Below, piece by piece: positions 1 through 10,265 of a DNA stretch of 64,000 nucleotides. How positions within the stretch are numbered: position 1 is the stretch's first letter; the number at the start of each line of letters is the position of its first letter. This DNA comes from Tetramitus jugosus (taxonomy: Eukaryota; Protista; Heterolobosea). The notes under the pieces are model-generated. The model was given only the letters and a program-made list of their open reading frames with translations, had not been told where the DNA came from and made no database searches. A program made the translations under genes and the position numbers. The DNA lies in contig OW569371.1 of NCBI GenBank assembly GCA_937625935.1, forward strand, positions 1 to 64,000, read 5' to 3'.

Positions 1-801
1 CCAAACCCAAACCAAACCCAAACCCAAACCAAACCCAAACCCAAACCCAAACCCAAACCCAAACCCAAACCCAAACCAAACCCAAACCCAAACCCAAACC
101 CAAACCCAAACCCAAACCCAAACCCAAACCCCAAACCCAAACCCAAACCCAAACCCAAACCCAAACCCAAACCCAAACCCAAACCCAAACCCAAACCCAA
201 ACCCAAACCCAAACCCAAACCCAAACCCAAACCCAAACCCAAACCCAAACCCAAACCCAAACCCAAACCCAAACCCAAACCCAAACCCAAACCCAAACCC
301 AAACCCAAACCCAAACCCAAACCCAAACCCAAACCCAAACCCAAACCCAAACCCAAACCCAAACCCAAACCCAAACCCAAACCCAAACCCAAACCCAAAC
401 CCAAACCCAAACCCAAACCCAAACCCAAACCCAAACCCAAACCCAAACCCAAACCCAAACCCAAACCCAAACCCAAACCCAAACCCAAACCCAAACCCAA
501 ACCCAAACCCAAACCCAAACCCAAACCCAAACCCAAACCCAAACCCAAACCCAAACCCAAACCCAAACCCAAACCCAAACCCAAACCCAAACCCAAACCC
601 AAACCCAAACCCAAACCCAAACCCAAACCCAAACCCAAACCCAAACCCAAACCCAAACCCAAACCCAAACCCAAACCCAAACCCAAACCCAAACCCAAAC
701 CCAAACCCAAACCCAAACCCAAACCCAAACCCAAACCCAAACCCAAACCCAAACCCAAACCCAAACCCAAACCCAAACCCAAACCCAAACCCAAACCCAA
801 A
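1..801. repeat. Telomeric repeat array (CCCAAA)n / (TTTGGG)n
   Basis: About 800 bp of near-perfect CCCAAA at the window start, with the C-rich strand 5' as expected for a left chromosome end. A few CCAAA/CCCCAAA variants occur in the distal ~135 bp. The junction to unique sequence at 801/802 is abrupt. Confidence 0.97.
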
Positions 802-2546
802 TCGACTTTCTTCTCAAAAATCAAAAGTTTCACCCAAATTCAAAATAGAATCGATCTGTCATCTAAAATCTGATTAAACAAGATTAATGAAAGTTTAAAT
901 CACTCAGTCCATTTCTATATCCACTTCTTGACATTCACTCCTTACTCTTTGTCGAAAACAGAAATTCTTTCATTCAATGCTCAACATCTGGAAGGATTAG
1001 ATGTAATCTAGGGATTCAATACATGTTTAGTGAGTAATCATTTATGTTTCTCTTCACTTCTGATGGGTTGGGTCTGGGTATTCAACTCTGCATCCAAGGA
1101 AGTCTGAACAATCGACATATATTTCTCTCATGAGCCAATCTCACTCCAAAATTGTATTTTCTGCTATATTTCTCAGTAAATGACGTTCATACTTGTGAAT
1201 TCTTATCAACAAGCAAGATCTACTCTTATTTTATGAAGATGTACCTGAACTTTCTACTCTCCACTCATCTTACGAACTGAGATGTTTAATTCTCATTCTG
1301 CCTGTCAAATATGTGACCATATCCTGTTCAAGAATCAAATCTCTCATTCACTATCACTAATTCGGTCCAAATTAGTTGATTTCGCCAGAACAAGAGTGTT
1401 TCATAGCATTCACAAAACTAAACTCAAAAATTAAGCTTATTCTACCGAAAACATCTCATTAAACAACGAAATATCTCCATCATATCCAGATTATCTCTAA
1501 AACTGGTGGAAATCTTCAGTTCAAGACAATTTCAAGTCAATTAAAAGTCATAATACTGAAATGCAACTCAATCGGCCAAAAAACAACAAAAAATGACAGA
1601 AGTAAAAGGTTTAATGCTACAAACGATTACAAGAGGTCTAAAATTCCAGTCTAAAACATGAAAAAAAACTGTTCTCTTATCATACAGTCCAGTGTTAATC
1701 TCATACTTTTATGAAAAAATCTGCCATAACAGTCTGTTGCAGTTTTAATCCTGTCGCAGAGAAAATCTGTTAATTACAGCAGGGAGCGATCGTCTCTTCG
1801 AGACGATAGAGTTTTAATCCTGTTAAATCCTGTTAGAGCTCGTTGAGATGAGTAAAAGTTGTACTGAAAAAGTCCTTTGGGTTGGGTCTGGACTTATGAC
1901 ATGAACACCAAACCCAAACTCAAAAACCTCCCAAAACCATATTTAGACACTCCTCTTCCATAAAAGGCAATATTTTGTCGGTTCAGAAACGAATATAAAG
2001 TCACAGACCCAAACCGAACCCAACCTCTTGTGTCCAAGAGCAGTATACTCGGTGGTCCATAGTATTGATGATGAACGACACTCTCATGTAGAACACTCTA
2101 AAAAGTGTTGTGTTCTTTGGAAATACTTAACAGTATCCACCAAGTTCGGGCAATTCGGTGTTTCAAAAATGTATTAATCAAATCGAACTTTCTGTTTTTC
2201 ACCGAAATTAATATTAATATTATTATTATCTAAGCCAATAGAGCTCTGTGATGCATCACTTGGAGCAAAGAGTAGAGGGTTTTGTTCGTGTAATTTTTAT
2301 ACTTCTCCCATCCATGTTTCTATCAGCTCTCAAGAGGATAATCGAATAATTGGATAAAAATCCATAGATTGCGTACCTTCTCGTCTGATGTAGTTCTAGG
2401 ATAGTTCATATATAGAATATTATTTGTCCAAGCATTGTGTCTGTTTCAATATTGACATGACTAAGGCATCACCAGATTTTGCAATTATTTGAAATTTTTT
2501 TGAAGAACCAGAATATGGGTCCATTGCTGTCGAAGATTGTAATCGG

Positions 2547-2592
2547 TGTAGGTGATGCCTAGGGAGAGATGTAGGTGATGCCTAGGGAGAGA
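2547..2592. repeat. Perfect 23-bp tandem duplication (TGTAGGTGATGCCTAGGGAGAGA x2)
   Basis: Read directly: units 2547-2569 and 2570-2592. Confidence 0.9.
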
Positions 2593-2760
2593 AACCAAAG
2601 GATACCAAAAAAGGCGTTTTTTCAAGGAAAAAGTTTATCCGCTTGCACTAAGATGCACAAAGGAATGACCACCAACAAGCAAGGCTCAAAACACCATAAT
2701 CTCCACTAAGATATTAACATCATTCAACTACATTGCCAAAACACCAATATGCATTCGAAC

Positions 2761-2850
2761 ATGGTGTTTAATTTGACACCCAATGCCATTAACGCACAAG
2801 ACGTCTGAGTCTTGTGCAATGGTTCCAAATTCATCCCAACCATGGCCCGT
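2761..2850 (+). pseudogene. Possible Penelope-like retroelement N-terminal fragment
   Basis: Manual translation from ATG 2761 gives MVFNLTPNAINAQDV*VLCNGSKFIPT. This resembles the PLE pre-RT motif V.NLS...L...E..VL.KGLKF.PT. There is an in-frame TGA at 2806-2808 and no RT motifs follow. Confidence 0.3.
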
Positions 2851-3422
2851 AAGCCCTCATGCAATGCAGGAACTTGACTATGCGTCACTGCCAAATAAAT
2901 CTCAAGGAGATTATAAAAGCATGTGGAAAGAAATTGAAACAATGGGTGTTAAACAATATGAAAATAATCGTCTGAGATTTGGCATACCGCTAACTTCATA
3001 TATCAACCCTTTCGCTCTGAAGTTACAATTAACTTGTAGATCAACAGAGTCTACGTTATATAATTTTGAATTTTTTAATAATCCCCTGTACTCTTTGTAC
3101 CCATATCAATAACGAGTGCTGTTTTCTTCTTATATCGAGAAGAAGCTGGTTCTGCTTTTGAATGCATTATTTCAGGCAATTTTGAATTTAAAGAAGACCT
3201 GTATTTTGCAATATTGGCCAATTTGAATTCACGAACAATAAGGCAATGAATTATACAAATGATCGAAGAGGTAAACGAAGATGACTTATCATTATCTGAG
3301 AAACTGGATAGCATGTTTACTTCTTTTGTTACCGATGATTTATTCATGAAAGGAAAAATTCTTTTTCTGAAAAAAAAGAGAAATTGCTGCGAAAGTTCTT
3401 AAACTTATACCCTCTCTAAACT

Positions 3423-4046
3423 TCAAGGCAAACAATAGATGCAATAGTGAATTTGTTTCACCTTCATTTTTTTGAAACATTTCGAATATACAATTAAAAA
3501 ATGCCATTTACAGCTTGATTTGAATACAGTGAAGGCTTTAAACTTAAGTAAATCGAGAGTTTCAAAGATTTCGACTAGGATTTGAATTTTGTCAATGTCT
3601 CGCAGAACTATCAGAAGAGTATCCCGCTTGGTTGTTACACCAATCCGCAGCATGGTAAATGATTTCAGTTGGATTTTATTCCACCTTGAATACGTGAGGG
3701 TTCTGTATTTTTTGTTCAATGATTCCGCTAAATTATTCTCCCCGAAAATCTCTTCGAACGCTAGTTTCAAGATTGGTATTGGTATGTTGAAATATAGACC
3801 AAAATACCTAATCTCATCAAACAATAGGTTGATGTCAATTCCGTCGTCCATTAGAGTGTTCAAAAACTGAATGAACGCCATACGATAGTCATCTGCAGTT
3901 AAACTATTCATGTACTCGACAAAGCATGACAGACACATATCCACACAAATTCCAAAGTGATACAAATTGCTATCATGCTTTATATCGATTATCAATTCAT
4001 TAGTGATATAAAGTAGTTTTGGAAAAAAGCCCGAGTTTGGAACCAC
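3423..4046 (-). CDS. Hypothetical protein (true start uncertain)
   Basis: 207-codon open frame in an AT-rich region with a helical, protein-like composition; no recognisable domain. Confidence 0.35.
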   Translation of the reverse strand: MVPNSGFFPKLLYITNELIIDIKHDSNLYHFGICVDMCLSCFVEYMNSLTADDYRMAFIQFLNTLMDDGIDINLLFDEIRYFGLYFNIPIPILKLAFEEIFGENNLAESLNKKYRTLTYSRWNKIQLKSFTMLRIGVTTKRDTLLIVLRDIDKIQILVEIFETLDLLKFKAFTVFKSSCKWHFLIVYSKCFKKMKVKQIHYCIYCLP

Positions 4047-4942
4047 GTGTTAGAATCAGATACCACAAAATTCCGAAGGTATGGAAATTAACCAGGACAA
4101 GTTGAGTCTTCCAGACTCTGTCAAGGCCCCTATATGGTTCGAGGATGTTTTGAATGTATGTAGAAAGATAAGGCATGCAAGATACCCTATTAGAGACCCT
4201 ATTAGCTCTGTCGCGCAGAGGAGTGACATGGTGCCGAGCGGAATCATGACTCATAGTAACCCATAATAACCACCGATATTTAATACTTACAGAAACCAGA
4301 AACTACTTCAACTCCAATGTATCTACAATTAAAGTCTGCATGGGGGACCTAAATGTGAACAAAGAAAAAGAAAAAAGTAGATTCCAATCAATTCTAAACC
4401 TCAGCAACGAACATGAACTCACAACCCACACATATCAGAGGAAACTTCCTCGATTATGCCCTATGTTCAAAACAGTTTATCCAACAATGAAGTGTATAAG
4501 GGATACATGATCAACGGTCTTTGAGTCACACTTATTGATTTAGCTCAGAGATCGTTTACTCACTTGTCGAATTAATCTAAGTCTAAAGAAGGATAAAAAT
4601 GGATATCTTTTCCAGTTCTTTCATGATATCAATGGGGTGAAATCCATATCAACACTAGTTTGATGTTGTAATATTGTCCCGTCATCTTGATATTTAGTTT
4701 AGAAACCAACAATCTCTTGTCCATCAACTTCTATCAAAGTACCAAAAATTGCACAAACCCATACTAACTCTATTCACAGTTAAATTTTCCGTACAGCATA
4801 ACATTGCAGTTTTGTTCATCAAATCCGCATATGCCAACTAACTAAAACTGGCAGAATCATGTTTCATATCAGTCACTAGACAATCTACATAGTGTACTTC
4901 CATGAGCTAAAGGAAGCGTTCTTTGTAGGTTTGGAGTTGTAT

Positions 4943-5185
4943 GGGAGCTTCCAAATATATTATTTACCTCTCAATGGGAGCGTCCAGATATTATTTCTTA
5001 TGCCCCCCTAGGGAGGGGTCTGAGAAATTTATTCAAATATTTATTCATAGGGGTCTCTTAATCCCAATCCTAGCAGGAGAATTAATGTAACGTTCGAATT
5101 TACAGGAAAATATGTTATTCAAATTTATTCAAAACAGGCAGGGATGGGGTCAGAGGTGAATAAAATATCTGGATGCTTCCAATGA
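4943..5185. mobile_element. MITE-like element with imperfect ~28-bp terminal inverted repeats
   Basis: 4943-4970 GGGAGCTTCCAAATATATTATTTACCTC matches the reverse complement of 5153-5180, GGAAGCATCCAGATATTTTATTCACCTC, at 23/28 positions. A second direct copy lies at 4971-4996. The interior is non-coding with repeated AAATTTATTCAAA. Confidence 0.5.
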
Positions 5186-5697
5186 ACAATTCTAGTATAT
5201 GGATGATACATGTTTAGCTGTAACGAAGCATTGATTTGATAGAATCATATGATTAAACCAGTGTTGATATTTTTTGAATGGAATACAAGGGTATCACTTG
5301 ATGTTGTTGTTATTATTATTGCTTTTGTTGAAGAGACAATAAATTGGATAGAATGAGAGGAAAACAGCTGATTGTTTCTTTGTTTGTTGATTTTGAGATG
5401 AGATGGAAGAGGTGGTGGTAGAGCAGTCGTTGTAGGAAAAGGTAGGTCAGAGTTGTGAGATTGGATTGTGTTCGCTTGTGTGAAGGGAAAGAAAGTAAAA
5501 TGCAATGTGTGAACTCAACTTGTTGACTTCTTTTTGCTTGTTCGACCTTGCAGTTTTTAATTTCCAAAGATGGCTTCCAAAATTGTGTGAACCGGTTCAG
5601 AAAAAACTAGAACACAACAAATGGTGAAAAATGTGGAACCTCAGGAGACTTCTTCATTCAACAAAAACTCTCCAAAGAACCTCAAAAAAACTGTGCC

Positions 5698-6660
5698 ATG
5701 ACCATCCCACAACTGCCACGAGACATTCATCAAATCATCTTGCAATTCTTACCTATTGGTGACATTTACTCCAGAGCTACTCGTTTGAACAAGGACTGGC
5801 ACTCGACAACAGAAACACTCTTGACGTGGAAAACTGTGGCAAGACTCAACTGGCCATCCATGAATGAGTTCCTTACAAGACTTGAAACTGCAGACAAACG
5901 GGTCATAAGACAAAATGAGAATGAGGATGACGAAGAGGTAGAAAAGAAGAAGACCAAGGCATCTGGAAAGAGAACAAAGCGTTCCACAAAGAAGTCAAAA
6001 AGCAAGAGGAGCAAAACAGAGGTGACCAAACCGGATATTCATCAGAAAGAGTATTGGAAAAAACTTGTGATTGATCGCTTTGAGAGGGACAATAGTTATG
6101 CCATTCGACTCCTGAATTCTACGCGAAAATTTATCAAGTCTGACAAACATAGTACAGGTGAGATTGAACTAGCTTGTAATCAAATGAAACTTCTGGTAGA
6201 ATTGTACGATATTAATTTAACGAAAAGTGATGTTGTTAACAAGTACATTGCATTCATGCATGATAGTATCATTTACAATTTGATTCAAAAGGACAGCACT
6301 CATGATTCCAGGGGCGAGCGTCACGACATCTTTTCCGTTTCAGCTACTTTTTTGGATCACCAGTTTCGGGAACATTCAGTGAGAATGAATTATCATAATA
6401 TCATCTGTCCTTTTGGTGGACACGGAGAGCCTATATATCTATTCCAAATTTCATTTGATTTTACGTTTTATTTTTTGGCTTGCAATGATACCTCGGCATT
6501 TGCAGCAAACAAGGAAACTGAGAAGCGACTTTTAAGTCTACTTCAGATTGATGAAGATGATCCTGACAAACCATCGACCAGTCAAATTGAAACCTTTTTA
6601 GAGCAATTCTGCTTTTTTGACAAGGGCCTCGAGGAGTATCGCTTCTTCGACCCAAGTTAA
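5698..6660 (+). CDS. F-box domain protein
   Basis: N-terminal QLPRDIHQIILQFLPIGDIYSRATRLNKDWH is a typical F-box. It is followed by a basic NLS-like K/R tract. The 320-aa ORF is intact. Confidence 0.75.
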   Translation: MTIPQLPRDIHQIILQFLPIGDIYSRATRLNKDWHSTTETLLTWKTVARLNWPSMNEFLTRLETADKRVIRQNENEDDEEVEKKKTKASGKRTKRSTKKSKSKRSKTEVTKPDIHQKEYWKKLVIDRFERDNSYAIRLLNSTRKFIKSDKHSTGEIELACNQMKLLVELYDINLTKSDVVNKYIAFMHDSIIYNLIQKDSTHDSRGERHDIFSVSATFLDHQFREHSVRMNYHNIICPFGGHGEPIYLFQISFDFTFYFLACNDTSAFAANKETEKRLLSLLQIDEDDPDKPSTSQIETFLEQFCFFDKGLEEYRFFDPS

Positions 6661-7611
6661 ATAGATTGTCCCAAGCAACAATAAGTTCTCACACCGATTC
6701 TGAAGAATCTCTTTGAATTTGGTTCAATAAATTGTGTCAAAGCGCCTCCAAGTGGTTGCCAACCAAAAGATCAAACTATTCAAGGAGACGGTCGCATCCT
6801 CAAGGAAATTGACCCACACATTTTATGGTAACGACTTCCTTGTCGATGAAGTGAAAAGAACATGTTCTCGTTTGACATTGGTCACAAACAATATACTTTT
6901 GATAAATTTATCAATCACATGCTCCAATTGATTCTATTCATCGTCCACCAATCACTCCTGTTTTTTGCAGTAACGTGTCAATTCTATTCAAGCTTGAAGA
7001 ATTTGATAATATAATTTGGATGCGCAGATCCCAAACTGTTTGACAACGGGACTTTCCAAAAGACTAAAAATCAACCAAGGATTACAGCGCTGTCTTCGCA
7101 CCTATCAAGAAGGTGTGACCACTGGCAAGACTCAATTCCCCCGAGGAATTGGGCCAGAGGTATACATCAACAGGTTGGCAATCGAAAATGTTCCATACCA
7201 TTACGATACATCCGATCACGACAGATCTTAATGTCTATGAGCAGATAGGACCAAACAAGCTGTATACTTGGGTTCGTGTTGTTTTTCAAATATACTTTAA
7301 CTCGTGAGAGATTTTCCAACCAACCTAGAGTAAATAGAAAGTGAATACAACGCACATTTAAATAAATAAAAAAACATCCCAAGCTGTCTTTATTACTCCT
7401 CTGTAACAAGGTGATATTCTGACCCTCAGTAATCGATGTAAATTTTTATCATCAACCTTATTTTTTGATTTGGATTGTGGTAATGTAACGCTCTCGATAT
7501 GTTTCGATGATATCATAATACAGTTCACAATAAGAAGTCATATACGTAGCAGGAACTCTAACATTATCAATGGTGATGAAAAGACCGTGTCATGAATACC
7601 CAGTGATTGAG

Positions 7612-8661
7612 TCAATGGAGCATATTAATGCGCTGGCTCAATAATTGCTGCGCATAAGGGAGTGCTCCTTGTTCATTTCGAGATTGATGGACTGGTTGAG
7701 GAGGTAGTGCACTTGGAAATTGGTTTTCAATTGCAAGTTTGTTTGGTTCTGGTGATATCAATCCGAAGCGAGGAGGTGGTGGAGGTTCCAGACTTCCAAG
7801 TTGAGAATTGAATTTCAGAGCACGATTCTTTGAATCAATCTTCTTGATTGCATCACTAAAATCATGTCCCAACCCGGCATTAGTCATGATATATTTGTCA
7901 CAAAAGTCTCTCTTTCTCGATTCAATGTCGTCCAAGCTGAACCAGTGCTGACACCTATTACATCGAAGAACTTTCTCTTGCTCTGTCTTTCTCAGTTTGA
8001 ACACTTTCATAAATGTCTCTCTGGGATTGGAACCACCGTGGAGAACACCAACTCGTGAACATGAAGCTGCCCAGTAATTAGTCGCCTGTTTCTTGAGACT
8101 CACATATTGTTCATAATTCAATGTCAGACTGGAATCGAGCATAATAGCCTTGTTCTCCATGTTGTGGTTGTTCTCCTCACCGATCGTAATCATCGAATTA
8201 TCATCAAACACAAAAGTACTTCTCAGTTTGGCTTGATGATAACTCAAAGTATCCCAGTCTAACAAATTGCGAACAGCATTGTAAAATGGCTTTGAAACAA
8301 ATTGAATTGTCATGAGCAATTCAATAGCATCGACATAAAGCATCATGTGAAACAAAATGTCACTGTGAAGAAAGACAGAGTGATCATTTTGTTGTTGACT
8401 CTCCGAAGCACTTGCGCCACCATGTCTACGTTCTTGTTCTTGTTGTTCCGATAGCTGAAAAGTGCCTTGAACGATATGTTGCATCTTATCATGCACCTTG
8501 AGCTCAGTTCTCAACCTTTGAATCTCACTCAGGGACAAAGATAGCGGTTCTGCCATTTTCTGAACTAAAATTTCAATAACTCGATTTTTTTCTTCCAATT
8601 GACGTTGCAATGACTTTGTCTGCTCTTCATAGTAAAGACGCAATGTTCGATCGTTGGCCAT
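7612..8661 (-). CDS. Coiled-coil plus F-box-like protein
   Basis: Likely start is ATG 8661 (MANDRTLRL). N-terminal coiled coil, internal F-box-like LHSDILFHMMLYVDAIELLMTIQFVSKPFYNAV, a CxxC (CNRC) and a Pro-rich tail. Confidence 0.6.
   Translation of the reverse strand: MANDRTLRLYYEEQTKSLQRQLEEKNRVIEILVQKMAEPLSLSLSEIQRLRTELKVHDKMQHIVQGTFQLSEQQEQERRHGGASASESQQQNDHSVFLHSDILFHMMLYVDAIELLMTIQFVSKPFYNAVRNLLDWDTLSYHQAKLRSTFVFDDNSMITIGEENNHNMENKAIMLDSSLTLNYEQYVSLKKQATNYWAASCSRVGVLHGGSNPRETFMKVFKLRKTEQEKVLRCNRCQHWFSLDDIESRKRDFCDKYIMTNAGLGHDFSDAIKKIDSKNRALKFNSQLGSLEPPPPPRFGLISPEPNKLAIENQFPSALPPQPVHQSRNEQGALPYAQQLLSQRINMLH
7948..8418 (-). repeat. Inverted duplication, copy 1 (partner 19591-20058)
   Basis: The reverse complement aligns with 19591-20058 and is nearly identical. 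Confidence 0.92.
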
Positions 8662-8932
8662 CCGTTGTTGTCTTCCAATTCGTTCCGTCAACATGAATAA
8701 ACAACTTGTTTGTGATGAACAAGGAAAACAAGTTCCTTCGAGTTCTGGAAAGCGATTTTTCGGACTGACAAGTTGAAGCTCAGCCAAGCACAGCACACTT
8801 CAATCACCAGAATACAATTTTTCTCACAGAAAACAGGAATTTGCCTCTTTTACACAGGAAGTCATTATAAGACTCGTTTAAAAGGCGGTGTCAAAGTCAC
8901 TTCCCAAGTACTGTCCGAGAAAGAGTGCGGGA

Positions 8933-10096
8933 TCAAAGAGGATTGTTCTTCATTCCAAGAAGAGTTATCGAATTGGACCCACAATATTCAACCACTTTTT
9001 GGATGAAAGCCTTATCTCGTCCGCTCTGAGCCCAACTGAGTGTCTTAAGACCCTTCCAATACAGTAGTACCTTCTCTGTGATTGTTTTTTGATCGCATCC
9101 ATTCATCCTGAGTGTGTGAATACCAGTCAAATAAGAAAATGCATCATCTGTGATATTCTTGCAATCACTCATATCGAGCGTATGAATACCAGTCAAATGA
9201 ATGAATGTGTTTCCTGTGATTCGCTCACAACCAGTCATAGATAGTGTATGAATACCAGTCAAGGAGGATAAGGCTATATCTGTTATTTGATCACAAGCGA
9301 TCATATGAAGCGTATGAATACCAGTCAAATGAACAAATGCATTGTCAGTGATTTGATGGCAATAACTCATATTGAGCGTATGAATACCAGTCAGGTGTGA
9401 GAATGAATCGTCTGTGATATTCTTGTTCTTGCAATAACTCATATCGAGTGTGTGAATACCAGTCAAATAAGAAAATGTCTTCTGTGTGACTTGACTACGA
9501 AAACTCATATTAAGTGTATGAATACCAGTCAGATGAACAAATGCCTCGTCTGAAATTTGATTACAAAAGCTCATATCGAGTGTATGAATTCCACGCAAAT
9601 AACCAAATGCCTTGTCTGTTATTTGCTCACTCCTACAATTACGCATATTAAGTGTATGAATGCCAGCTAAATGACAAAATCCATTATCCGTAATTTGGTG
9701 GCAATCACTCATGTCCAGTGTGTGAATATTTTGCAAGTATTGGAAGTGCTCATCCACAACATTCGGATGCCAATTAAGGCAAACATTGAACAATGTTCCT
9801 CTGTTCAATTGAAACCAATTTTCAATCTCTTTTTGATTCAGAGCACGCACGAGTGTTCTCTTCTTGTTGAACATGAACAATCGATTGAACTTAAATTGAT
9901 TGATCCCTTTGCACGTGTAACTCAATTTCAACCATTCTGGAGTGTCACAAAATTCAATAATTTTTGACCATGTATCCCTGCATAGATGTTCAGAACAAGA
10001 AATGGCGACATAGTCATCACTTGTGAAATCTGTGATCCTCATTCGCTTGATTGGCACATCATCACTCGTGCTTTCAAGGAGAACTCGTTTTTTCAT
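8933..10096 (-). CDS. F-box/leucine-rich repeat protein (FBXL-like, cysteine-containing LRRs)
   Basis: Likely start is ATG 10096 (MKKRVLLES). F-box-like LCRDTWSKIIEFCDTPEWLKLSYTCK, then about 9-10 tandem 25-27-aa repeats GIHTLDMSxCxQITDxAFxHLT, which are also visible as DNA repeats (GAATACCAGTCA). Confidence 0.88.
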   Translation of the reverse strand: MKKRVLLESTSDDVPIKRMRITDFTSDDYVAISCSEHLCRDTWSKIIEFCDTPEWLKLSYTCKGINQFKFNRLFMFNKKRTLVRALNQKEIENWFQLNRGTLFNVCLNWHPNVVDEHFQYLQNIHTLDMSDCHQITDNGFCHLAGIHTLNMRNCRSEQITDKAFGYLRGIHTLDMSFCNQISDEAFVHLTGIHTLNMSFRSQVTQKTFSYLTGIHTLDMSYCKNKNITDDSFSHLTGIHTLNMSYCHQITDNAFVHLTGIHTLHMIACDQITDIALSSLTGIHTLSMTGCERITGNTFIHLTGIHTLDMSDCKNITDDAFSYLTGIHTLRMNGCDQKTITEKVLLYWKGLKTLSWAQSGRDKAFIQKVVEYCGSNSITLLGMKNNPL

Positions 10097-10265
10097 GATT
10101 TTTTTCTTGTAGTTTTCGACCGAAAAAATGACGACTTCCAGAAAACAAGCGAAAAACGAATATGTCACTGGCATCTGTGGCTCCTTCCAAAAATAGATAG
10201 AGGGGACAAAATTCAAGGCTGCAATTTCAAATTTCCAGGATCTGGCAACTGATAACAACACAAAC

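Noticed and set aside
802-1350. Minus-strand frame running into the telomere, considered as a decayed gene
   Set aside because: Roughly a dozen stops in ~180 codons is about random expectation for this AT content, and there is no recognisable motif.
9060-9730. Regularly spaced GAATACCAGTCA repeats resembling a CRISPR-like array
   Set aside because: They are the coding LRR units (75-81-nt period, in frame) of the F-box/LRR gene in a eukaryotic chromosome.
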